Assembly (NCBI GenBank): GCA_028023455.1
Contig: JAQFVV010000001.1
Location: 34,596,001 to 34,660,000 of the forward strand
DNA from: Epiperipatus broadwayi
Taxonomy: Eukaryota; Animalia; Onychophora
DNA: 64,000 nucleotides
Direction: 5' to 3'
In this document: in pieces, positions 12,067-25,479 of the stretch
Position numbering within the stretch: position 1 is the stretch's first letter
Layout: every line of letters begins with the position of its first letter
Notes under the pieces: generated by a model
What the model saw: only the letters and a program-made list of their open reading frames with translations
What the model was told of the DNA's origin: nothing
The model's database searches: none
Position numbers and translations under genes: made by a program

Positions 12067-12594
12067 TATATATATTACATTCACGGAAATAAAGCATTTG
12101 TAAATTTTATTCATTAATATATTTTTGTATTTTCATGTACTAGGGCTTACTTTTCAGATTTTGTACAATTTTTTAATTTTTCACTGTGTTTCTTTGATAT
12201 ATTTCTCATAGATTAGAATATCATCTGTATTTTGTTCTCAATTGTTTTTTTTTTCTGCATAATTTCTTTTTGTATCAGCCTCAATTTTATATAATGACAT
12301 TTTTTATTATATTAAATTATTCTTGCATTGAAGGATGTAAATTTATTATAGTTGATGGCTATTATTTTTTTACAAATTTGTTTATAGGAAAGAAATGATA
12401 TTATTCTTACTCTAATTTTATAGAAGTAGAATTTTCTTTTTTGTTCATGATAAATTAAAAATAATATGCTCTGAAACTGTTATGCCTTTTATTTGAAATA
12501 TGGATGTAAAATGCATTAACATAAAAAAGTTGATAAGTGATTATTTGAATTAAAAAATACATAAGCATTGGGGGGATTCTTTATTTCTATAAGG

Positions 12595-12639
12595 CAGGGA
12601 TGCCCAACCCGTAGCTCGCGAGTCACATGTGGCTCGCGT

Positions 12640-12640
<1 letters not shown>
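12595..12640 (+). mobile_element. Isolated 5' end (TIR and subterminal motifs) of a Buster/Charlie-type hAT transposon
   Basis: cagggatgcccaacccgtagctcgcgagtcacatgtggctcgcg matches the typical hAT-Buster end. It is preceded by ctataagg (nnnTAnnn target). The matching 3' end was not found. Confidence 0.65.
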
Positions 12641-12642
<2 letters not shown>

Positions 12643-12674
<32 letters not shown>

Positions 12675-12723
12675 CCCCCCCCCCCCCCCCCCCCCCCCCC
12701 CCCGCCCCCTTTCCCCCCCCCCC
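12643..12723. repeat. Homopolymer tract T32-C29-G-C5-T3-C11
   Basis: Directly visible. It generates the poly-K/G/F/P ORFs in the ORF track. Confidence 0.95.
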
Positions 12724-13357
12724 AATCAAAAATCAGAAAAAAAAATTTACCAGTCTTACTAAAGAATATAATTGTCATGTTAAAATGCAATTCCAGCATG
12801 CATACCAGTTATGATCATTAAAACAAATGGTGATAGAAATTGGGTAATAAATATGAATTTAAGTATACAGATGTTCTCTTCCAAAGTAAAAAAAGAATTG
12901 CAAAAGGAATACCAGATTGGATCCATGGAAAATTCAGAATTTTTCATTGATTACAGTTGTCATAACTTATGAATATTATATGCATATGTTGAAACAAAAA
13001 TCTTAAGATTTTGATGTCGCTAAAGGATTTCTATTGAAACATTACTCCATTATAACACATAAACAAAACACGATTGTGTGGCAAAAGAATATTGCAGTGC
13101 TTTCAGTTTAAAAGATTAATAAGATATTATATTTTAGTAAAGTCTAAATATAAATAAAACATCACATTCTTATTTAAAAACAAATATTCAGTAATTTTAC
13201 GTAAAAAAATAATAATAAAAAGATAAGCAGATTACATATAAATTAATTGTTTTCACAATGTAAACAAAGCTAATGCGTACATCTGTAGTAGCATACTTTT
13301 TTCTGTACAATGTGAATTCATTCTTGTTCTTTTCTGATTGGCTCCAAATTCTTTATA

Positions 13358-13655
13358 CAGATGGTCCACTATTTCATATGAAGGGCAATAAAAAAAACCG
13401 CAGTTTTATGGAACTTTTTATCAAGAAAAGGAAGAGTACAATTCAACTCTCTCTTCATAAATTTATAAAGACAACACCAGATACTAATCATAAAGTGTTA
13501 TTTATGCATATGCTAATACACCTCATTGAAAAGTAAATATATTGAAAACAAGTTTTGGTTGTTTTGTTTTTTTAAGATCGCTCTACATTTGCACATTTTA
13601 GTTTTCTTACACATTTCAGGAACCAAAATTGGGGATGAAAATCGAGGACCATCTG
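13358..13655. mobile_element. Tigger/pogo-type MITE with ~20-bp TIRs and TA TSD
   Basis: ta|CAGATGGTCCACTATTTCAT ... ATGAAAATCGAGGACCATCTG|ta. Confidence 0.75.
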
Positions 13656-15229
13656 TATTGTTATTTTTTATTCTTTGTAGTCCTGTTATCTAGGTATTTT
13701 AGTTAGAACTAATGAATCACAAAAATTATTTTTTAGTTTAAAATTTCTGCTAATAGTTAGAGATTTCTGCCAGTAAGATCCATTGATTGTGATCACAGCA
13801 TCATTTGACAGCTGGCATGACATTTAAATGGGACAAAGTTTGATTGTAGTTTTATAAGTGTGGCAATACTTAAAAGAAATAAAATTAATTTTTTGAGTAT
13901 TTTTGCACTTGTATTTTTGATTTTGTATTATATTTTTCTGGCTGTGGATGTGGAGCAGATTGTTTCTAAATACATTCAGTGTAATAAAAAAAAATGATTG
14001 AACCCATTTAATAAATGTATTTCTGGAATTAAGTATGTTTATTATATCATCAATTTTAGTCACCTTCCCTTACAAAAGAAAAATATTTCAAAAAAATTGA
14101 ATGAAGTTGGCATATTTGTTAGATGCAAAGTTTGTAGATAATTTAAATATATTCGCTAATGTTAAATTTCATATTTAAAAAAAAAACATGTTTGAAGAGG
14201 AACATTATTAAAAATGCTAAATTATTTAATTTTTTAATTTAAAATAACAAATGTCAAATTGCATTGATACGGTAATTATTGATTATTGCACAATATCAAT
14301 AACCTTAAATGTAATTTTGATGCTGAATATTCTGGTCAAAATATAATAGAAAACTTGAATAAAATAAGTAAGTATAGATTTAATAGACAAATTTGATTCA
14401 TTCAAAGACTGATAATATTTTTATAATATTTTAGATGTAAACCAATAGCTTATCGACTTAATGTGTGTATAATTATATCTGGAGTAATAATTAATGACCT
14501 GAAGTAATATGTGAGAACTGCTTCTAGGTTGAATATATAAAAATTGATTGTTTTTGAAAGTACAGAGAAATTAAAGGAATGTAGAAGGCTCATTTTTATT
14601 ACTGCATTAAACTAAGACAGCTTTCAACTTAATTCTGTTGGCCTTTTCATTATCCATTGAAGTCAGTTTTTACTAAAATTATATGTTTCATTTATTCATC
14701 TATTCCACACACTGAATGTTACCAATATAAGCAAAAAATATATCAGTAATACAATGCTAAATTAAATGTCAAATATTAAATAGTCTACTCATTTTTAGAT
14801 AGAAATTTATTTAAGGAAGAAAAAAAAATACATATTTTTTTTAGTTTTATGTTTAATATATGGCTACTGTTAATTAGATGATATTGGTATGAAAACTTAT
14901 CACTCAGAGGGTAGAATCATCAGAGAAAATTGGCATCCTGTTGCAATATAAGATTTATGACTGGCATAAAGTCACTACTTTCCTCACAAATCTGTCACAA
15001 GATATCTGAATAGCATCTTTTATATATATATCTCAATAGCAAGCAAAGTTGTGCTCAGCTATTTATTTGATTTTCAGAAATCCATATGGGTTATTTTAAA
15101 ATACATTTTTTCAAAATGTACCAAACATGAATTCAATTCCCAAGATACTATAGCTATCATTTTGGACTGTGTATTAGTTTATTTTTTTGCTTGCAAATTA
15201 TTCAGTTCTTTTATATCTATCAACTTCTA

Positions 15230-16330
15230 ATTCCAGTTGTTTCACACATTTTACTTTTTTTTTCCATTCACTTCTTCAAAGTCTTTGAAATATGAAATAA
15301 ATTTTGTCTTTAGTTATTCCCACCCACATGTTTGTAAGATTTCTGTCTATGCTTTAGCGATGCATATAGCATATTTTATGTTTTCCAGAAATTTCTGAGG
15401 ATTATATTAGGATTTGCATTTAGTTCTTAATGGCTTGAGTGAAAGCTGTTTTATTTGTGGCTTAATGGAAGAAAGTTTATGTCATTTTTACATTCAGAAA
15501 AAACTTATCAAATGGACAGCATGACTAGAGAATAATCCCAAATATGCATTATTTTGATGGGAATGTTATTGTTGCCTGTGCAATATTTTTCTTTCTTAGG
15601 AATGAAGCAATCTATAAACTAGTTTTTAAAATATCACTAGAGTTATTCATAAGTTTTATAATTATAAGGTTTATAGATTTTTAAAATTTGTTTAAGAAGC
15701 TTCTGTTTACAGGTTTTGAATGCATTTTTACCAAGCAAGAACACTTCCTTCCTTTCTGATACTTATGATTTGGTCTTTTTTTGCTTTTTTAAATTAAAAT
15801 GATTATTTCATCTACTATATTAAAATTTGTTGAGACATATGACCAGTAATAATTTTCCTTAATGACTTCTTAAATGTTCATATTTGGTTCAGTATATTCA
15901 CCAGCATTCTCTAACGCTTTATAATGTTATAAAACTCTGTATAATATTGTTTAACCATGCAAACCAATCACTGTTTGCACTACTCTTTTGGGGATTTTTT
16001 TTCCCAGAGTTCTCAAATAAGCTTTTTCAGTTTGTTTGCATTATCATTAAGCTTAGAGAACAGTTTGTTGTTTTTTTTTTCATTCATATCTTTAATAGTT
16101 TTCCATTTCAATTCTTAAACCGTCATTTTGCTTTTATCTTTAACTTCATTTTGACCATTTTTTCCACATACTGTTTTGTGCAAGTTTATGTTGTATTATG
16201 GATAAGTTTCATATATATATATATCATTTCAGTTTCATTTCTATATCTATTTCAGAATATTCAGTTTTTTCTTCAATATATTTTTACCATCAATCATAAT
16301 GCAGAATATGAAATTAATTGTAAACAAATA
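15230..16330 (-). mobile_element. Decayed Tigger/pogo (CENP-B-like DDE) transposase
   Basis: Minus-strand frames give, in the expected order, SANSDWFAWL (F.AS.GWF), QQ.FNIVDE (QIFN.DET), FLPL..LSLKPL (FLPPN.T...QPLD) and AKA*TEILQTCGW (AW..V..TI..W). Many stops and frameshifts. Confidence 0.5.
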
Positions 16331-19300
16331 AAAATAAGTCTACATTATTGATCTCAGAATTGTTTATGCAGTGTGAGAAAAGATATTTATATTTGAAGTG
16401 CCTACTTATTAAAGGATAGATTAATTTTAATTTAATATGCTATTAAATATTAAACAGTGATTCTCTTTTGCTGTATCATTGGATTTATAAATACTTTTAT
16501 CTAGCAATGACATATTTTAATTAATTACACTCATATATATGTCTGTATGTGTTTGTCATTCAAACAAAAATACTAATTAATCTTTCTGACAGTAACTATA
16601 AATTACAAACCTTGACATTTTTGTGATTTTATCTTTTAATTTAAATCCTTATAAATCCATATTGGAATTTTTAATGAAAATGTTTGAAGTGTTTCTGACT
16701 TTAAAACATTTTCAAAATCTTTATTAATAAATATTGCTTTTAGAAATATTTTTAATTTTTTTTAATCAGTCTGTTTTAAATATTATTTTATATATATATT
16801 TTAAAATCAGTACATTTTTTTTAAAAAATTATGAAAGGGGGGAAGGTTGTACAATTAATAATCATTGAATTAGAATGCCATAAAAATTTATTATTAGTTT
16901 TTGTTTATGTATTCATTTACATTTGCACTGGAAGAGGATTGTTAATGAGACAAAATGAGATAGTGAATAAATTAAATTTAAAAAAACTTCATATCTTGAT
17001 TATTTAAACTTTAAAGTTGTTTTAATTTGCATTAATAGTAAGTTGTTCATATAATGACATTTTTATTAAATTATATATGGCTTGCTAACAGTGGCCTTGA
17101 ATTAGTGACATTGTTTTGTCAATTCATAAAAGTCATTTAGAATAATATATAGTGACCCCTATTTGACATCAATGTTCCTGTCAGGCTTAACAAAAACATA
17201 TTTAGGGAGGGGGAGTATTTAAATATGAGATCAGATGAACAGACATAACATAAACGCAAATGTTACAAAGATCTACCAATGATGAATATCGCTAAATTCA
17301 ATCATGGTGCCAATTGGAAATTCATTCATCTATAAAAGTATTAGAAATATGTTAATGGATGAATTATTGACTTGTACAGGCATCAGAATCCTGTATAGTG
17401 TGTTCTTCACAAGACTTATAGATAAACCCTTGACACAATTTATAAAGCTACTTACATATTAGACGTGCTGTCCGTGTTTATGACAGCATAATGCCATATT
17501 AAAAAATCAGATTTTTAACAATACAAAAAGTAAACATTTGTACACAAAAATAATAAATTCTGATACTAAATAAAAACAGGTTGTTATGCTTTTTAATATG
17601 GCATTCTGGAGTAGTAAACCCTCCACACTGAAGAAAGATAGGACATTCTACCTTTGCAAGCATGGACAGCAGGTCTAATATGTAAGTATCTTTATAAATT
17701 ATGTGGATCAGATGAAGAAACTTTTCTATATATTATTGATTCCCCCCCCCCAATAATATAAGATCAAAATTAATCCTCTCTAATATCTCATTAAGCAAAA
17801 TTTTGGCATTGAGGTTTTGGGTAGATGACAAAAAGACAATTAGAGCTGTGTTCACAGTCTGAAATTTATATGATATAGTAAAATGTAAGGCAGTTTTCAA
17901 AAACCAATATTATTCTATTCAAAAGTTACTTGAATACTGGTGGAAGCAGTGTTAGATTTAAAATATCTAATAAAAACATTAAGATCTATATTGCGGTCAT
18001 TATTCCATATGTTTTAAGTGAAGTGCAGATTCATAATTACACCATTATCAATGAAGTCCTATTTTTTATAGTAATACATTTTAAGTATTTCTGTTAACAA
18101 TCATACAAAAAAAAAGAATAATCAGCAAAATATATTTGTGTCTTTTTTAAATGTAATCCGCACCTCAAGTAATTCACAAAATTACATGCAGTGCCCCATT
18201 TTGTAATTGTGTATTATGGAAAATGGCTTGTGAATAGATCTACGAGAATCACCCAGCACACATACTTATACAACAGAACTAAACAAATCAAGAAATACAG
18301 TTCAATATTTTTTGATCATGAGTTTACTATGGGTCATATTTTGTCCTATTAATGTTAGCACGGTTTGTGCTAAAGAGACAATAGAAAACCAAAACATAAG
18401 GAAGCATGAACAATTGCAAAGAATTCAAATGCAATTAATAGAAAGGATTCATGCACCCCATTATCAAAAAAATGGAATATTTAAATGCCTCATTTACATA
18501 ATAAATCACATTCATTTATATGCATGCTTAATGCAATGTAAAAGTTTTGAAGAGTAACTATTATTTTAGTTAAATCGTAAAATGTGCTCTATGTATTACT
18601 TGAAAAATGTATGTTTCTAAATTATCTATAGGGTGAGAGGTTGGTTTAACTTCTGGGCTGATGGTTGGTTGTGATAGGATTGAGCTAAAGATGCAATGAC
18701 AAAAAAAAAATTGCAAACATTATATAATTTATTAGAAGTTTCAGTTACTTCCTATTCAAGTTACATATAATTTAAGTTATTCATTTATTTTAAATCTTAT
18801 ATATGTTAAAATGATGGAAATAAAAATGTTTTGATTATATAAAAGTAACAAAGGTGCTTATAGAAAAAGAAAATTAATAATATTGAAATAGAAGTGAACT
18901 CATGGGTAGCAGTAAGTCATGATGAGATAAATTATTGATAGAATAGTTGAGCCTATAAACTGAAGATTGATCACAGTTAATCACAAGATATTACCAACTT
19001 AAAGAACATCATATCTAATTCAGCAAAGAGATTTTGTTTCAAGCAGTGACTGTCATAATATATTTTGGGTAATTATGTTGATTTACATTTGTTCAGCTGC
19101 TATCTTTATTCTTCACAGTATTTTATCCAATGTTCTTGTATGATGTACCTTCAGTTTTAGTAACTATTCATTACTCATATTGAAGTTATATATATGCACA
19201 CATATATATACTTCATGTTCGCATATTAAAAATTATGAACAAAATTTAAGTTTAAAAGTTCTAATAATTTTTTATAAATAAAAATTTAATGTATATTGTA

Positions 19301-21976
19301 AATGCATAAATAGAGATATACAGTGTAGTTAATTATATATAAGGTTATTTTGTATTAAATACAAAATATTTTTCTTTTAAAAAGATAATAGATTCTAAAT
19401 TTAATTTAAAAGTAGTTTGAAAGAAAAGGGTGTTTTTCTTTTTAACAATAAAACAAAGATGGAAATGATACTGTAGAAAAAGTAATTAAAATGCTTGTAA
19501 ACAGATTACTAGATTAAAGTTTTGGGAGATAAATAATTAAAGTAATTTAATTTAAAAGGCTGTTATTCCCACTCAAAAATATGAGCTTGCAAATAGGATA
19601 TTGGATAAATAAACTCAGACCTCAGCAAAAGTAATGGAGTTGGCTATACTCAATAGTTCAAAGGATCCAAATGATAAGAGATCGATCCGAATTTAACCAA
19701 TAACTCCAAATCATATAAAGTGTGCAGGAAATTATGTTCAAGATTATCTTTCTGTCCTGTCTTTATTCTGCCAGTATTATTATTTTGCTGTAGTTTTTAT
19801 CTGCTAATCCCAGCAAGTCTATCATGCAAGAATAGAGAAGCCATTATCTGCTTCACTATATCGAGCTGACAAAGTGCAAGCTGTAAACCCAACAAATATG
19901 AAGAACCATTTGAACATATGTCCATTGTGTATCCACTTTAGAAGAGGAAAAGTCTGATATCCAGTACTACAGGAAGAACCAGCCATCAAATTAATATCTA
20001 CACATCCAAACGAATATGAAATAGTGATTTGAACCTTCGTCCTCCATAGTTATGGTTTTAAAGAATCAATGCCGCCAATATCTAAAGACTGAACATGAAC
20101 TGTTAAGCTGAAAAATAAGTATAATTTTTAAACTAATACTTAGTTAATTATTATCTCCAAATTAATAAATAGTTATATAATTAATCTGTTTATGAACAGG
20201 TTTGACAAAAGATTAAGTTTTATTTAAATATCAAACATATAAAAAGGCAATTATTTTGTAATCACAGTCTCTTGCCATGCTGTTAAAAGGCATGCATTAA
20301 ATATATTGTTATTTCCACTTTATTTAATAATATGTTAAATCAGTAAATCTATAAATTATGAGTTGAGAGTAATCGTGCTGCATAGACTAGCTGGATTAGG
20401 GTTCTATTAAGTAGATGTAAGTTTAGCTATGTAGTCTGGTAATTGAATTATTATTGATAAGAATATATGTCTGATATATATCAATTCAGATGAGTTACAT
20501 CTGATTCTCATTCTTGTGTAACGCATCATTTGCGACTGCTGATCCCTTAGAGTCAGTATCTCATTTAAACAATGATGTGTGGTAGATGATCAATTCCTAT
20601 CACATGCCATCCGATTTTCTTTCATACATTTCGGGTAGTGATACATATGTGATTGCCTGTCACTATATGCTGTAGAATATTAATTTCTACCATAGGCATA
20701 TAATATCTTCTTGCATTTGTTCTTATATAACTATTGTAGTGCAGATGTGAATTTGTATATTTTACAATTATTTTAAATACCTATTGCATACTAATAACAT
20801 AACCTGTAATTGATTACAATAGTAGAGTAGTAAGATCAGCCTTAAGTTATAAGCTTGTATCAGCATTAAAAGAGAGTAGAGAGCAGTTAGGTGTTTATGC
20901 AGTAGATTGGAATCCAGTCAAACAATCAACATTAATAGTATTATAAAAAAAAGTATCAAATATTATAAACTTTTATACCACTGTATACTATATCTGTGCA
21001 TAATTAAAATTGAAATAATACTAATAAAACTTGGAAAGTTTATTTATCTTAAGTTAATTTATAAATCAATTGACTAAAGTCACTCCAATCTATATTTTGT
21101 GTTGTATATTACTACAAAAAACAGGTCTTCCTTGATAAATAAATATATATAAATTTATTTATTTAAGATTACAATAATTCAGGTGTGCGCCCAATCTAAG
21201 ATGGGGTATATTGTCTTCTACAAAATTGTTTTTAACAATCTATAAAACCCAATGTTAGCATCTGTTCTGAATCTTGGAATATCTCTTGTTCTCTACTTTT
21301 CTCATCTCTCTATAATTAAATCATATAATCAACTCTATGCCATAAAGTATACTTTATTACATTTGCCATATATTTTTTTTTAATTTGGCAAATAATTACC
21401 ATTAACTAAATGTCTATACTTTAAACTCCTTAACTTACTACTAAGTAATATCAATAAATATGTATCTATTTTTATATTCAGTAAATTTCAACTCATAAAT
21501 TTCATTTAAAATCTTTTGAATGACTTTCTTTTGTGAGTTAGTATCACAAAAAAAAACCATTTTACTAACTTTCATATAAGTCACCTCTCAATAAAATACA
21601 TATATTTATTGAGAAATATTATTTTTACTTTTGGTCATTTTTTTAAAATGACAATTGTAAATATACTTCTCTAAATTATATTGCTAAAGGAAACTTATCA
21701 AATTATTTTAAACTACACACTAATAATATTAAATCTTATCATCTTTATTATATTAATTTTTTATCATTTTATTGACTTATAAATAAATTTTTCCCAATAA
21801 ATATTTTCTTTCCTATGTGTTAATTCAATTTTGGTCACATTATTTGTTATTTATTCAGGTGGTCCTATTGGTTTCACACTTCGGGCATTGAAGATATCTT
21901 TTTCACTTTTAGGGGTTTCTAAGAGAAATGTATTCTCTCCCATTTTCCTTTTTATTTGGAACAGTTTAGTTTAATG

Positions 21977-23526
21977 CAGTTACGCAAGTTGCTGGTTGGT
22001 GGTACACGAAAAATAATCAATAATGGCGGACATAAAAAAAAAATTAAATCATAAAAATATAGAAATGTTTTTTGCTATAATTCATAAAAATTATTTTAAT
22101 TAATAAATACAGTAAAGTTGTTAATATGTACAGTCGATAACGATCTTTAATGTTAATGATAAAATTGAAAGTATGATTAAGAAATTAGATTTTTGGAAAC
22201 AGTAATATATATAAGTATCAAAAACAATCAACTGGAAGTAATTGAAACTCTACATATTGTTTTGTTTGAAAATAATATTAGTCTGTCTCAAGATATAGGA
22301 GAAAATATAATAGCACATTTAACAGGATTAAAATTGTCTTTCATGGAATATTTTCCAAAACCCAAAAACACAACTGATAATTGGATTTCAAACCCCTTCT
22401 ATGAAGAAAATTTTGAAAAAGCTACACCATTATCAATAAAGGATAAATAAAATTTAATAGAATTATCATGTGACAGAACTTTACAAGTAGAATTCAAACG
22501 ACAAAAAACAAAACATTAAAGAATATGAACAACTTTCTGAGAAAGCTCTTAAATTATTATTACCGTTTACTAGTACAGAATTAGTAGGAAGAGCTTTTTC
22601 TTCATATATTTTTTTAAAAAATAAGTATCGAAACAGATTGAATGCAGCTGTAGACTTAAGGGTATACCTCGCATTTTTTAAGTTGTTCGAAACAAGCACA
22701 AAGAACTCATTAAATTTATTTTATAAAAATATTTGATTATGATAAGAAAATATACTAATTGTTTTTTTATAATTTTGTGTTTTTATTAAAACCATTTATT
22801 AGTAAACGAAATATGACAAAATAGTAGATAAATAATGAGTCGGATCAAGGCAAATCAATCTAAATTATTTAATTTGAAAAAATGTATCAGAAAAGGATCA
22901 TACCCAGAAATTAGACTCTCATTAATTCTTGATCATCTATTGTGGATTACTAGATGTAAGCTAGTATTTAATCATCAAAATTTTAATCCTATTAACTTCA
23001 TGCTGAACAATATAAAGAAAACAAGAACAAGAGATAGCCTGATAACCCCTGAGGTTATTTTTACCATGAGTTGGGAGATGCTGGATTTATCCTCTCCATG
23101 GCCTAACCAATAGCAAGATGCTCCGAAAAAGCGAAAACAGACTCAAATTCGGGAAAACCAAATGAAGGAATGAGAAAACACTTTGAACAAAATATGTACC
23201 AAATAACCTTTAATGTAATCTTTGATAAGTTATTTTGGAAAAAATATGAAACTTTGAACAAACACATACATATAAATATGTTACAGTGAGTTTATAATTT
23301 CAGTGAGTTTATAATCTGACGTGATGTTTAGGCGTGTTTCAATGTAATTTGTCTCATTATGAGATGTGAATACATACATGGTCACCCTATAATATTTATA
23401 ATGCAAGTAAAATAACACACTTGCAATAACAAATTTCATGAAATACAATCATTTTTACGAAGTGGTACAATTTAATGTGATGTACTACTACATGGTACGC
23501 GAGCTGAAAAAGGTTGGGAAACGCTG
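21977..23526 (+). mobile_element. Internally deleted Buster-type hAT transposon (ZBED5/SCAND3-like transposase 3' part)
   Basis: 8-bp TSD gtttaatg at 21969-21976 and 23527-23534. 3' TIR aaaaaggttgggaaacgctg. Protein relics DKIESMIKKLDFW, NWISNPF and LLPFTSTELVGRAFSSYIFLKNKYRNRLNAAVDLR (hAT dimerisation domain). Confidence 0.88.
22835..23160 (+). mobile_element. LINE (L1/Tx1-like) ORF2 C-terminal fragment inside the hAT element
   Basis: ORF 22835-23113 contains LILDHLLWITRCKLVFNHQ (W..R...VF motif downstream of the zinc knuckle). It shares IKAN coding sequence (aaggcaaatca) with 46660-46680. Confidence 0.4.
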
Positions 23527-25479
23527 GTTTAATGGATTAGATTTAGACCTAACCTTTAGCATTTTCACAGGAGTATTCTATGAATTGTTGACAGAATAAC
23601 TTCCTGCTAACTGTGTACCTCTTTCCAATTCATTCATGTTTCTGTCAGTAGATTTATTATTATTCTGTTATCATGACTTTTTAGTATATCTTCTATTAGT
23701 ATATAACCTATAAATTCTTCTATTTCCCCTTCTATCTATCTTTATATGAGAAACACTATAAATAGTATTTTATCTTTTATATATGCTTAATGGCATTTTA
23801 CTTGTTTCTAATATGCCCAAAATTTCTGACATCTCGTCTACTGTATGTCTATTTGTAGCTATCAATCTCTGCTCTATATGCTTAGGTAAGTTTCTCTTCA
23901 TAATCCGGGCATTTTGATTATCCGATAAAGGAAATGTGGGCATCATTTTTAATTTGGCTGTCTGCGACCAGAAAAATTGCATATAATTACTTCATTAGTA
24001 TTGTATTTATTCTGACTAATCTGATAGCTTACATTGTCTTTTTTATCTTCATTCCAAAAACTACTTTAAAAAATGTATTTAAAGTCTCCATAAATTTTAA
24101 GTTTGTTAAACAAGTATCTCCACCAATTCTTTGCTGATGAATACACACTGATAATCACTAACTTTTTTTTTTTTTAATTTAACCTGCCAAAGGGGAGTAG
24201 CTCTTCCAATCTGCATAAATATCCAGTTGAATTTTCATTGTATTCACTTGTAAATATCTTTAGTTGAATGAATTTGGATATATTATTAATTTTATGATTA
24301 TTGTCATCTGGTTTGTTATCATGTCTAACATTATCTTCTGATAATAAAAGTGTCATTTCATTAATATTACCCTCCAAATAATTATTATAAAAATGTGATT
24401 CATTCCTTACATTGTGGGATTTTATATTCATCATTTTGTTTAATGTTACTATCATTTCTGCTATTTTATTCTCAATCATTAATCTCCGACTATTTATGCA
24501 TTCTTCTTGTTTCTGTAAATATCCTTGTACTTCGCGAACAATTGTTTTATTATTAATTTTTAGTTTATCATGAATATCTTTTTATGCCTTTTACTAATAC
24601 TTTCTACTTCTTCCTATTCGATATGTTCACTTAATCTTTTGTACATCTTAAATTACTTTGGGTTTTCTTCAATTTTTTTCATAACTTTTTCATTTCACTT
24701 TCTGACTTACCATGTTTTTTACATAGCTCTGTATTCTGGGCCTAATTTATTTTTAACATTGTCAATTTTGATGTGAAAACAATTCATTTCAACTTATGAT
24801 TTCCTTTTGAAATCATCATTTGCTTTTTCTAGCTTGTTAAATTTCTTTCCTAGTTCTTTATATTCTTTTTGATTTGCCTTAATCTTACTATCTAGCTCTT
24901 TAAACCATTCTCATTTTTTTTTTTTTTTGTGACTGATCTAATTTATTTTCAAGTTTTTTTGATTCAGCCTTTTCTTTAAATGTTTTATCAATCTTTCATC
25001 AGATTCTTTTAATTTAATATCCAAGTCATATTTGAATTCTTCAAATTTGGCATTTGAAGCATTGAATTCCACATTAAATTTATTGCTCAATTCTTTAAAT
25101 CTGTTATTGAAATCAACCCTTAATTCTTCAAATTTTTTATTGGAGTCAATTTTCAATTCCTTTAACTGGTTAAGAATCATTTTTAAAATATCTGAACTAT
25201 CCCTTTAGCATCTTCCATTATTATAAATTTTTAAAAAAATAAACACTATTTACATATATAAACTATATTATATTAATTATGAATAATTACTATGTTATCA
25301 ACTAATATATATATATGCGGGGTTTTTTTATCAATGTTTGTTCTTGTCTAAACACCCTAGTCAGATGAGGATCTATAAATCGAATATTTCTAAGTATTTA
25401 TTGATAATTATTATTATATTTTTTTAAAGTGCCTGCAATTCTTCTAGAACTAAAATTCTATGCTAAAAATACTCTATAT

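Larger units (their letters stand above)
21850..25220 (-). mobile_element. Decayed Gypsy-like LTR retrotransposon: gag plus integrase C-terminal tail, interrupted by a hAT element
   Basis: Coiled-coil N-terminus (ORF 24938-25180). Capsid-like segments IFTSEYNENSTGYLCRLEELLP (24174-24479) and FFWSQTAKLK...RNLPKHIEQRL...TVDEM (23770-23982). At 21852-21966 KLFQIKRKMGENTFLLETPKSEKDIFNARSVKP resembles the Gypsy integrase end (I.K..G.NT..L.....G.FN...LKP). LTRs were not identified. Confidence 0.55.

Noticed and set aside
12516-12814. ORFs with poly-G/K/F/P runs
   Set aside because: Produced by the T/C homopolymer block.
13273-13536. ORF with YTDGP..MKG resembling a hAT TDGA..M.G motif
   Set aside because: The TDG codons are the MITE TIR (CAGATGGTCC), which recurs inverted at 13655.
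15884-16351. 155-aa hydrophobic ORF on +
   Set aside because: Antisense shadow of the A-rich Tigger relic on the minus strand, with F/I/L bias from T-richness.
19600-20100. Higher-GC, coding-like stretch
   Set aside because: No frame gave a motif I could recognise. Probably an old TE fragment, but unsupported without a search.
25350-25395. Hammerhead-like string CAGATGAG-GAT ctataa ATC-GAATATTTC (a weaker one lies near 18960)
   Set aside because: The core has a substitution, GAAA is incomplete, stem II is only 3 bp, there is no convincing stem I, and no PLE context.
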